DNA of 64,000 nucleotides from Eledone cirrhosa (Eukaryota): NCBI GenBank assembly GCA_964016885.1, contig OZ024766.1, positions 1,364,001 to 1,428,000 of the forward strand, read 5' to 3'. Shown piece by piece: positions 30,425 to 46,134 of this stretch (position 1 is its first letter; each line of letters starts with the position of its first letter). The notes under the pieces were generated by a model. It saw only the letters and a program-made list of their open reading frames with translations, ran no database searches and was not told where the DNA came from. The position numbers and the translations under genes were made by a program.

Positions 30425-30721
30425 GTAAAGGTTTAAAGATTAAGCAAAGAATTTATGCTTTCATCCTATTATGGCATCTTCCTATAATAGGGTCAAAGCA
30501 GAAATTCTTTGCCTATACTTTAACATGTACTAATAATCAATATTTCTCTGCAGGTTTATACATATACATATATATATATCGACAGTCAATTGACAGGATC
30601 CTGGACCTCATTTGCTTAATGAATGGAGGTGGATCTCGTTAAATCAGAGACCAAGGAAACAATATTTCTGTTGGTCTTACCAATTGCTAATACTATCTAC
30701 TGGTCGCAACTCTAAGTAGAA

Positions 30722-30832
30722 GGAGCAACGTGAAATAAAGTGTCTTGCTCAAGGACATAACGCATCACCTGGTCTGGGAATCGAACTCTCAACCTCACAA
30801 TTGTGAAACCAATTCTCTAACCAATCAGCCAC
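30722..30832 (-). mobile_element. SINE tRNA-like head (family 1)
   Basis: Reverse complement has TGGCTGATTGG, GAGTTCGATTC and TCCTTGAGCAAGACACTT. Confidence 0.8.
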
Positions 30833-30856
30833 ACACACACACATATATATATATAT

Positions 30857-31318
30857 TTATACTTGGGGAGGGTCATATTTGTGTAATAATATTGCCAGAA
30901 ATAATAACAGAACACACTCACTGTTTGGTTGGTTTTCACTTCTGTATCTTTTATATCTCCATAGTTAATTTATTTGGCAATCAATGTTTACCATTGGCTG
31001 ACCAACAGTTAAAAATACAGATGTATTGTAATGTCTAAGCCATTTGAAAAAATGGCATAGACATTACAATACAATGGGAGAAAACATAATAGTACCACTG
31101 ATGATGTCACAATTATGTGACAAAAGAACTTTGATAGACTATATATATATATTTATATCTGTATTTTTAACCGTTGGTCAGTCAATGATAAACAGTGATT
31201 GCCAAATTAACTATGGAGATATAAAAGATACAGAAGTGAAAACCAACCAAACAGTGAGTGTGTTCTGTTATTATTTCTGGCAATATTGTTACACAAATAT
31301 GACCCTCCCCAAGTATAA
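30857..31318. mobile_element. Foldback element with about 165-bp inverted arms
   Basis: Arms 30857-31023 and 31156-31318 are nearly perfect; TA tracts on both sides; internal hairpin and decayed hammerhead. Confidence 0.85.
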
Positions 31319-31319
31319 C

Positions 31320-34130
<2,811 letters not shown>

Positions 34131-34289
34131 TTGGTATATATTTGTAAGCAATACAATTCAAATATAAAATCAATATTGTGTTTGTGTTGTTTTTCTTCTT
34201 TTTCGTCCACAGGATGGTCACAGTTGGAACATCTTTGAACATATCATGTGACTACAGGGTCATGTCTGACCTGAAAGGATATGTGAGAT

Positions 34290-34700
34290 AGTGCAGTCCA
34301 AGATACACTGTGTCTGTATATAAGACAGGACACATTAGATAATGTAGTCCTAGGTGCACTGTGTCTGTATATAAGACAGGACACATTAGATAATGTAGTC
34401 CTAGATACACTGTGTCTGTATATAAGACAGGACACATTAGATAATGTAGTCCTAGGTACACTGTCTGTATATAAGACAGGACACATTAGGTAATGTAGTC
34501 CTAGATACACTGTGTCTGTATATAAGACAGGACACATTAAATAATGTAGTCGTAGATACACTGTGTCTGTATATAAGACAGGACACATTAGATAGTGTAG
34601 TCCTAGGTACACTGTGTCTGTATATAAGGCAGGACACAATAGATAGTGTAGTCCTAGGTACACTGTGTCTGTATATAAGACAGGACACATTAGATAATGT
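34290..34700. repeat. 51-bp minisatellite, about 8 copies
   Basis: ACACTGTGTCTGTATATAAGACAGGACACATTAGATAATGTAGTCCTAG repeats. Confidence 0.95.
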
Positions 34701-35077
34701 AAAATTCTTAATTAATTAATTGAAACAAGGTGTAATTCATTAAAAATGCGGTCATGAAACGTTTAGACGAGATATGGCGTTTCGTGGTTGTTTTATATAG
34801 TAAAATAATATAGAATTATCTCCCTTGCAGTCTTGTTCACTAAACTGTCGGAGTTATCTCCCTTGCAGTCTTGTTCACTAAATTGTCGGAGTTATCTCCC
34901 TTTGAGCATAAAATTCATAATGGTGAAAAACTGTTTTTACATAGACGAATATTACATACATGTATATTTATATATGTGTGTGTGTGAAGTATTTCCGTCG
35001 GTAAGGTACAGGAAAAAAGAGTGCTCTATGTAGGCTACAGAGCTGATTAGTTACATAACTATATATATATATATATA

Positions 35078-35280
35078 TAACGAAGGAATTGTGGTAAGGA
35101 ACCAGATGGACCATAACGCACCAAAGTACTCTATACTTAGGGTAGTAGAGTGGGTAATAGGTACAAGCATGACCCCGACGGCAGAGCTCAAGCCGTTTCG
35201 ACGGCTATTTCTAATAACAGTACAGAAATAGCCGTCGAAACGGCTTGAGCTCTGCCGTCGGGGTCATACTTGTTCCTATT
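35078..35280. mobile_element. Palindromic Penelope-like unit in (TA)n
   Basis: 57-bp inverted arms at 35156-35212 and 35224-35280; second copy at 44758-44958. Confidence 0.8.
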
Positions 35281-35356
35281 ATATATATATATATATACAC
35301 ATATATACATACATATATATATATATACACACACATATATATATATATACATATAT

Positions 35357-35387
<31 letters not shown>

Positions 35388-35578
35388 CACATATATACAT
35401 ACACACATATATATATGTATATATACACATATATATATATACACATATATATATATATATACATACATATATATATATATATATATACACATATATATAT
35501 ATATACATACATATATATATATATATATATACATACATATATATATATATATATATACACATATATATATATATATAT

Positions 35579-35621
<43 letters not shown>

Positions 35622-35644
35622 TATATATATACACAGGCCGAAAC

Positions 35645-35908
35645 AAATGAGATCGTGTAGGTGTCACGACAAAAAAACACACAGTCCACGCTGTAATGTG
35701 GCCGTGAAGGCAACACGGTAAAAACCTCCCAGACCCACACTGTAAATGTGGTTGGTGTTAGGAAGGGCATCCAACTGTAGAAAACCTGCCAGACAGTCCT
35801 ATGCGAGCAAGACAATCACTCTTGCCTCAAGTGGGACTACCCCCGTCCAAACCCATGCAAGCGTGGAACACGGACGTTAAACGTTGATGATGATGATGAT
35901 GATGATGA
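35645..35908 (+). mobile_element. SINE family 1 3' half with RTE tail
   Basis: Same body and (GAT)n tail as the copies at 12775, 20370 and 24185. Confidence 0.85.
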
Positions 35909-35953
35909 CACACATATATATATATATATACACATATATATATATATATACAC

Positions 35954-35984
<31 letters not shown>

Positions 35985-35987
35985 TAT

Positions 35988-36056
<69 letters not shown>

Positions 36057-36254
36057 AGGTGTATGACATCATCAGGTATTCCCAAATTGATCCTACAAAG
36101 GAATATAATAATAGACACAATCCAAGGGGCAGGAAAGCAGAGAGATGCCCAAGAAAAGAAGGCGGCCAACAATTATCAGTTGCTATTCCTTCCATATACT
36201 GTACTGATTGTGTTGTTATTTCTGTTTACCTTTTACATATATATATATAAGTAT

Positions 36255-36845
36255 GGTGAGCGACAGGTAGATGAAATATAATGCCTTAGGGGACAGAGAC
36301 CAGTGACCAGTGGTCAATAGAGAGACAATCCATAAAGTGGGTGACAGGCAGATGAAATATAATGTCTCAGAGGACAGAGACCAGTGACCAGTGGTCAACA
36401 GAGACAATCCACAAGGTGGGTGATAGGCAGATGAAATATAATGTCTCAGAGGACAGAGACAAGTTACCAGTGGTCAACAGAGAGACAATCCACAAGGTGA
36501 GTGACAGGCAGATGAAATATAATGTCTCAGAGGACAGAGACAAGTTACCAGTGGTCAACAGAGAGACAATCCACAAGGTGAGTGACAGGCAGATGAAATA
36601 TAATGTCTCAGAGGACAGAGACAAGTTACCAGTGGTCAACAGAGAGACAATCCACAAGGTGAGTGACAGGCAGATGAAATATAATGTCTCAGAGGACAGA
36701 GACAAGTTACCAGTGGTCAACAGAGAGACAATCCACAAGGTGAGTGACAGGCAGATGAAATATAATGTCTCAGAGGACAGAGACAAGTTACCAGTGGTCA
36801 ATAGAGAGACAATCCACACGGTGAGTGATAGGCAGATGAAATATA
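36255..36845. repeat. 81-bp minisatellite, about 7 copies
   Basis: 27-codon periodicity in the ORF track. Confidence 0.95.
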
Positions 36846-37220
36846 GAATAGATTGAGAAAGGAGGAGGGCAAGTAGAACTGTGTTGGTGTGTAGAAGTGA
36901 CTGGGAGAAGGAAATAAAGAAAGGAGATGTACAAGACAAGTTTACACACACATATCTTCACCTTTAGCAGCTCCAAAACCAGCTAAATGGTTTCGCAAGA
37001 TTTAATTGAGAGTGCCGTTTTAATATGCTGGATCATGCAACAGAAAAATAAATCTTAATGTTTGTTTTAACGATGAGGTTTCTCATTTTTATATATATTC
37101 AAATAAATACACTCTCGCTTCGTCTTGATCAGAGATAAAATTGTTTTAATTATATATATATATATATTTATATATATTAATTCAAAATATTAACAAAATA
37201 GATATTCTTGTGATCAAGTA

Positions 37221-37287
37221 TATTTTATTATACATATTTCAGAGGTACTGAGTTAACTTCAACCGTATGTCCTCATCAGATAAAATA
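37221..37287 (-). ncRNA. Type I hammerhead ribozyme within 39-bp inverted repeats (37175-37213 / 37343-37381)
   Basis: Reverse complement TATTTTAT-CTGATGA-GGAC..CTCT-GAAA-TATGTA-TA-ATAAAATA; 8-bp stem I. Confidence 0.75.
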
Positions 37288-37913
37288 AGATGATGCATGA
37301 CATACCCTGACATAGTAGATGGTTAAGATTCAGTCATGGTAGTCACAAGAATATCTATTTTATTAATATTTTGAATTAATATTAATAACTCTGGAAAACC
37401 ATATCTGTTGAGTGCTTCCAATCTATTGTAAAACTCATTCTTTGATTTATTCATTGAACCTTGTTTAACTTTTAAATATATATAAATATATATTTATATA
37501 TTTACATTATATATATATTAGACGGAGAGGTGTCCTCATCTTGTTTTGTTGTTAACACGTTTCAGCTGATGTACTCTCCTTGTTATACTTAGGGAGAGTC
37601 ATATTGTTGTAATAATATTAAATACAGATGACACCTACATGACCACTTTACAGTGTGGACTGGGTACTATTTGCCGTGGCACCTCCATGACCACTTTACA
37701 GTGGGAAGTGCGTTGGGGCATATTGTCTATATGCTTCAGCTTCGGCTTGTACCCGTGGGAAGTCAGGTCTTCTGTATTACTGCGTAACGCCAGAGGTCTC
37801 GGTCCTGTGTCAGCGTCTTTGAGAGGTGTAAAGGTAAACAGAAATAACAATACAATCGGTACAGTATATAGAAGGAATATATTAGGTTAACTCTTGATAT
37901 AGCAGGAGGAGGG

Positions 37914-37948
37914 TCTTAACGTTTTGGACGCTAGTCCTTCATCAAAGA
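37914..37948 (-). ncRNA. Decayed minimal hammerhead
   Basis: Reverse complement TCT-TTGATGA-AGGAC-TAGC-GTCC-AAAACGTT-AAGA; core C>T and G>A. Confidence 0.5.
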
Positions 37949-38461
37949 AAGATTGAGAAATAAGATAGATTGAAGGGACGGACGGAATGGAATTGGAAAA
38001 AAGACCAGATCCATTCATGTTGCCATGTGTGTGTGTGCGTCCATGTGTTTGTATATGTACGTGTGTGTGTGTGTGCGTGTAATTGTATATGTGTGTGTGT
38101 TTAGTAGAATTATTTATGATTTCATTGCTAAGACTTTACGTAAGGTGATTACATAAAATTGATGGAAAATTTTAATTTAAATAGGAAACCTTTGAAATGT
38201 GAGGTTTTATTACTGTCCTTCATAGGAGACACCTTCACAATATTTTAATAAACAACGCACACACACACATACACATACACACACAAACACAGCCATGCAT
38301 AGATAAATACACACACATACATACATATATGTGTATATGCATACATATGTGTGTATAAATATATATATCTATATATATATACACACATACATATGTGTAA
38401 ATACATACATATGAGTGTATATACATATATATATACACATATGTATGTGTATATACATACA

Positions 38462-38505
<44 letters not shown>

Positions 38506-38774
38506 ATTCCATACTTAAATATACACACACACATACAGTACATATTAAAATAACCAGAAAATTAAATACACCCACCACCATCAACAACAACAACATCACC
38601 TATCAAAAAACAAATTTTAAATATATTTTTACTCTCTCCCACCACCACCACCACTACACCACCACCACCACTACACCACCACCACCACCACTACACCACC
38701 ACCACCACCACTACACCACCACCACAAATGTCAGATGACAGCTCCCAGATAGAAAATGTCAGATTGAAGGAGTA

Positions 38775-38850
38775 AGAAGAAGAAAAAGAAAAAGAAAAAG
38801 AAAGAGAAAAAGAAAAAGAAGAAGAAGAAGAAGAAGAAGAAGAAGAAGAA
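38775..38850. repeat. (GAAAAA)n(GAA)n polypurine tract
   Basis: Directly visible. Confidence 0.95.
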
Positions 38851-39275
38851 ATACACGCAAAGACAAAACCATTTTCGTTCAACTAATTTATTTACATTAT
38901 TCATAACTCTGAAGCCGAGAATCATTCAGTTTCCTAAATAGAATATTAGTCTAAGACTCCATTTTTACCATAAACGTGGTTTTGTCTTTGCGTGTATTTG
39001 TTCTCCACGCTCCACATAACGACGTATTATCATCATTTTTTCCCGTTCATTGCCAGGGAACGTCTCCACGAACCAAACTATTGTCTTCCTGTCTTCCTTC
39101 GGTTGCAACGTTTTTCGAAATATTTACTTCTGCGTTCACAGATTGATTTTTTTTTAGATTCAGCAAATCCCTTTAAGGGTGAAAGCAGCGATTCTTTGCT
39201 TAAACTTTAATGTTATTTTAATAAATATATATTTTAATATTTTAGTCTTTTACCTGTTCCAACCGTCTGGCTGGG

Positions 39276-39345
<70 letters not shown>

Positions 39346-39400
39346 TATATATATATATTGTATGCATATATATATATATACATATACATATGCATATATG

Positions 39401-39433
<33 letters not shown>

Positions 39434-39476
39434 GCATATATGTATATATATATATATATATATATACATATATGCA

Positions 39477-39525
<49 letters not shown>

Positions 39526-39545
39526 GCATATATGTATATATATAT

Positions 39546-39594
<49 letters not shown>

Positions 39595-40320
39595 GTATAT
39601 ATATATATGAAGTATAATGTGGTTGTGTAGGTAACACAGTAAAAATTTCCCAGTTCCACACTGTAAACGTGATTGGTGTTAGGAAGGGCATCATACATGC
39701 ATATATATACATATATATATATACACATATATACATACATACATACATACATATATATATACTCATATATACACACATACATATATACATATATATATAT
39801 ATACACAAAAATACACACATACATACATACATACATATATATATACACATATATACACACATACACACACATACATATATACACACATACATACATACAT
39901 ACATATATACATACATATACATACATATATATATTCACACATATACATGTATGTATAATGAATGTGTAGCCTATATACACACATGTGTATATATCTCCAT
40001 CCTTAATCCTCAATGGACACAATATCTATTAATCCATAATCGCCCCCTCCCTTTGTTCTCTCTCTCTTTCTCTTTCTCTTTCTCTCTCTCTTTATCCCCA
40101 CCTCTCTATCCCATCTTAAATAGTCTTGTTTTTCTATAAAATAATCTCTTTAAACACACAACACAGATTATATATATATATATGTGTGTGTATATATATA
40201 TGTGTGTGTGTATATATATATATGTGTATATACATATATATATGTGTATATACATATATGTGTGTGTATATATATATATATATATATGTGTATATAGATA
40301 TATAGATATATATAGATATA

Positions 40321-40405
<85 letters not shown>

Positions 40406-40469
40406 ATATATATATATAAATATACGTATATATATATATATACGTGTATATATATATATATATATACAC

Positions 40470-40500
<31 letters not shown>

Positions 40501-40565
40501 TATATATATATCATCATCATCACCGTTTTACATCCGTCCTTCCAAGCTATCATGGATTATATGTG

Positions 40566-40622
<57 letters not shown>

Positions 40623-40837
40623 GTAGAAGGATATATATATATACACACATGTAGAAGGATATATATATATATATACACACATGTAGAAGGATATATATAT
40701 ATGAAGAGAGAGAGATTATTGTTTATCTGTGTATATATATATATATGGTTGTATATATATAGAGAAGATTATTGTATGTATGTATATACATACATACATA
40801 TGTATATACATTCATATATACATAAGTATATACATAC

Positions 40838-41430
40838 ATGGTGGCTGCCAACTCGTTTTCGAGTACGGCCACTACTTTATATCCATGTAGGAGAACCCCT
40901 ACCGATGCGCTGAACGAGTGTGACTTTTTAGTCCAGCCAGCGACTTGAAAACTCTGGTACAAACACTACACCTGTCACAATTATTGACACATAGTGCTGG
41001 GCCCATGGTACCATGTGACGACAAGTGCAGAGAGATCTCCATATATAAAGCAATGCCTGTGCCGTGAAGCTTTTATAGTGAGCAAAGGCACTGCACGAAA
41101 CCAGTCCCACTCTCTTAACCAAGATGATATTTACCAAAAAGTAGAACAAGTCAACATCATTGGATACCATCAGGGTTGCAGGTGTTATATCAGAGTTTTC
41201 CTTCTCCTACAATTCTGCCTTGACAATCTCCCGGTGATTTTGGATGGCCATTGACTCTTAAGAGCTCCTTTGTCCTTTGACAGGTTTTATTTTTAGTCCT
41301 GCAGGATGTCCAAAGTCACCCTCCTCACCAAGAAACCTTGGTGGGGTTGCCAGTTTAGTCGCCAACGACCCGACCGTGGGACAGGTTGTACTGGAATACA
41401 TGTTACCAGTAGCACCAACTGGTGACCTGA
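40838..41430 (-). mobile_element. Bipartite non-autonomous RTE derivative retaining the last C2H2 finger
   Basis: 5' UTR-like part homologous to 22470-22860; [23 protein letters not shown]-stop; tail hairpin ACTCGAAAACGAGT. Confidence 0.7.
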
Positions 41431-41620
41431 CATATATACATACATACATACTTATGTATGTATATACATATATACATACATATGTATATATATACATACA
41501 TAAGTATATGCATACATACATATGTATGTATTAATATAAGTATATACATACATATGTATATATGTATGTAGATGTATATATATATATAACTGGATACACA
41601 CCCATATACACAGATACACA

Positions 41621-41833
41621 CGGAGAAGGTGTGTGGCCCAGTGGTGAGGGTGTTGGACTTACGATCATAATGTCGTGGGTTCGATTCCTGGGTTGTGTGT
41701 TGTGTTCTTGAGCAAAACACTTCATTCACGTTGCTCCAATATACTCAGCTGAAAATGGGTACCAGTAATAGCTGGGGGTTTAACCCTGCGATGGACTGCT
41801 GTCCTGTCCAGGGGGGAGTCTTGTACTCTCAGT
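41621..41833 (+). mobile_element. tRNA-headed SINE (family 2), 3'-truncated
   Basis: A box TGGCCCAGTGG, B box GGTTCGATTCC. Confidence 0.88.
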
Positions 41834-42466
41834 AATACCACCACCACTACAGTATCACCACTACACCACAACCACCTCTACAGTAACAGCACTACACCAC
41901 CACCACCAACACCACCACTACACCACCTCCACCACCACCACCACCACCTCTACAGTAACACCAACACCACAACCACCACAACCAGCACCACTACCACCAC
42001 CACCACAACCACCATCACCACTACCATCACCACTACACCACCTCCACCACACCACCTCCACCACCACCACCTCTACAGTAACACCCCCCCCCCACACACA
42101 CACCACCACCACCACAACACTAATTAACATAATATATAGTTACTATGCTCAGACCCAAAAGCCATTCACTAATACCTAACTTACAATATTGATTCATTCA
42201 CAAATTCAGCAGCTCGGTCACATGACCTAAGATTTACTATTATTCGTCCGTTGTTTGTCTCAGAATATCTTTCACTCGTTTCATTCATAACCTAGTTATT
42301 GATTTCCTGAAAGACATAGTACACCCACACCTACCTTGCCATACACCACCCCAGACCACCCTGTGCCCATTCATGAATGTTATGTCTATATATATACTAC
42401 TACTACAACTACTACTACTACTGCTACTGCTACTACTACTGTTACTGCTACAACATATGTATATTG

Positions 42467-42550
<84 letters not shown>

Positions 42551-42731
42551 TATATATATATGTATATATATAAACGTATATATATATACATATATATATA
42601 CATATATACATATATACATATATATGTATATATATATACATATATACATGTATATATATACATATATATATATCCGTATATATATATATACATATATATA
42701 TATACATATACATATATACATATATTTATAT

Positions 42732-42786
<55 letters not shown>

Positions 42787-43195
42787 TGTCTATAATATAC
42801 ATATATATATATATGTGTGTATGTATATGTATATATATATATATATGTATATAAATATATATATGTATATATGTAAATATGTATATATATATATATACAT
42901 ATATACATGTATATATGTATATATATACAACCATATATATATATATGTATGTATATATACATATATATATACATATATACATACATATATATGTATATAT
43001 ATATATATACATATATATATATACATGTATATATGTATATATATATACACACATATATATATATATATATATACATGTAGGAGGGTGAGTTTTATTGTAG
43101 TACAATAAAGCAATGCATATATGGAACTCCTTTAACCATCTTTTGATCTTATATTATATATACATGTATATATGTATATATATATACACACACAC

Positions 43196-43229
<34 letters not shown>

Positions 43230-43268
43230 GTATGTATGTTTGTATATATATATATACATATATACGTG

Positions 43269-43299
<31 letters not shown>

Positions 43300-43704
43300 G
43301 TATGTATATATACATTATATATATATATATCACATAATACAATACAGGTATATATATATATATACACACATATATATATATATGTATGTATATATACATT
43401 ATATATATATCACATAATACAATACAGGTATATATATATATATATATATATATCCATATGCAGGAACAAATGTGTTATATACTTGTGTACTTGTGTATAC
43501 AAAAACATATATATATATATATATATATATACACAGCGTAAAATACTATAAAGTAAACATATACACACATATATACACTCAGCTGGGTACATCTTTGCTT
43601 TATGTTGATAAACATACATACACAGAGATTGAAATATGTGTATATATGTGTGTGTGTGTATATATATGTGTGTGTGTGTATATATATATATGTGTGTGTG
43701 TGTG

Positions 43705-43736
<32 letters not shown>

Positions 43737-43740
43737 CGTG

Positions 43741-43772
<32 letters not shown>

Positions 43773-44365
43773 ATAAACTAACTCCCACACATTTGTCTTG
43801 TGCAGTGGATGTTGAGCTGCCACCACTACTACTACCACTACCACCACTACTACTACTACCACTACTACTACTACTACTGCAACTGCTTCTAAAGCTACTG
43901 CTACTAAAGCTACTGTCACCACTACTACTGCTACAAAAGCTACTCCTATCAGAACAGCGCCAGTCAGCTACTAGAGACAACGTTATAAAAACATTTACTG
44001 AAGCCTACTTGCCTTGTTGAGGTTATATATATTATATATATATACATATATATAATATATATACACTCATATATATATACCCACACACACACACATATAT
44101 ATATATATAAATAAACACACATATATATATATATATAAACACACATATATATAGATATATAAATATATATATATCTTTGTATATGTTGACATCTAAAATA
44201 TATTTTGTGTTGTAATAACAACACATCCTTAATCAATATATATATATATACATATATATATATACATATATATACAACCATATATATATAACCATACACA
44301 CACACCCATATATATACACATCCATATATATACATATATATAGGGTACATACAGTATATTAAAAT

Positions 44366-44456
44366 ATGACAGGGAAGATTTTAAGAATCTTGTTGATAGG
44401 GGCTGCCTTTGCAATCTCCGTATTGGCTCTGCCGATGAAGAGACAGACACCAAAAG
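44366..44456 (+). CDS. Probable first coding exon of a secreted protein (signal peptide)
   Basis: [30 protein letters not shown]; perfect AG|GTAAGT donor. Confidence 0.65.
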
Positions 44457-44499
44457 GTAAGTGTTTTTTTTCTCTATATATATATACACACACACAAAC

Positions 44500-44546
<47 letters not shown>

Positions 44547-44681
44547 AACCCATGCTACCATGGAAGATAGACGTTAAACGATGATGATGATGATATGAAC
44601 ACACATGTAAACAAATATACATATGTATACACACATACATATATACATATGTATATACACATATGTGCATACATATATACA

Positions 44682-44741
<60 letters not shown>

Positions 44742-44757
44742 TATATATATATATATA

Positions 44758-44952
44758 TAACGAAGGAGGTGTGGTAAGGAACCAGATGGACCATAATGTA
44801 CCAAATTACTCAATACTTAGGGTAGTAGAGTGGGTAATAGGAGAATATTTAACCCGACGGCAGAGCTCAAGCCATTTCGACGGCTATTTCTGGACCTGGT
44901 CCAGAAATAGCCGTCGAAACGGCTTGAGCTCTGCCGTTGGGGTTAAACATTT

Positions 44953-44958
<6 letters not shown>
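44758..44958. mobile_element. Palindromic Penelope-like unit, second copy
   Basis: Homologous to 35078-35280; palindrome centred at about 44897. Confidence 0.8.
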
Positions 44959-45010
<52 letters not shown>

Positions 45011-45213
45011 TTACAACACACATATATATATATATATAATACATACACATATATAATAAACATACTTACAAAATACACATACACATGTGTGTATATATAT
45101 ATATGTATGTATGTATATATATATATATGTATGTATATATATATATGTATATATATATTTATATATATGTATGTATATATATATATGTATATATATATTT
45201 ATATATATGTATG

Positions 45214-45244
<31 letters not shown>

Positions 45245-45575
45245 TTATATATATGTATGTATATATATATATATATATGTATGTATCTATATATATATAT
45301 ATATATGTATGTATCTATATATATATATATATATGTATCTATATATATATATATATGTATCTATATATATATATATATATGTATCTATATATATATATAT
45401 ATGTATCTATATATATATATATATATGTATCTATATATATATATATATGTATCTATATATATATATATATGTATCTATATATATATATATATGTATCTAT
45501 ATATATATATATATGTATCTATATATATATATATATGTATCTATATATATATATATATGTATCTATATATATATG

Positions 45576-45841
<266 letters not shown>

Positions 45842-45842
45842 G

Positions 45843-45909
<67 letters not shown>

Positions 45910-45934
45910 GGTTACACAACAGTTAGTTCACCAT

Positions 45935-46134
45935 NNNNNNNNNNNNNNNNNNNNNNNNNNNNNNNNNNNNNNNNNNNNNNNNNNNNNNNNNNNNNNNNNN
46001 NNNNNNNNNNNNNNNNNNNNNNNNNNNNNNNNNNNNNNNNNNNNNNNNNNNNNNNNNNNNNNNNNNNNNNNNNNNNNNNNNNNNNNNNNNNNNNNNNNNN
46101 NNNNNNNNNNNNNNNNNNNNNNNNNNNNNNNNNN
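45935..46134. other. Assembly gap (200 N)
   Basis: Run of N. Confidence 1.

Noticed and set aside
36362-36951. 27-aa repeat ORFs on both strands
   Set aside because: An 81-bp minisatellite that is open by chance; no splice or homology support.
41621-41695. tRNA genes (also 17371, 18153, 30722)
   Set aside because: A/B boxes run into SINE bodies; no complete cloverleaf.
43802-43975. Thr/Ala-rich mucin-like exon after a tgcAG
   Set aside because: Mostly (ACT)n; the Thr frame has a stop just after the acceptor.
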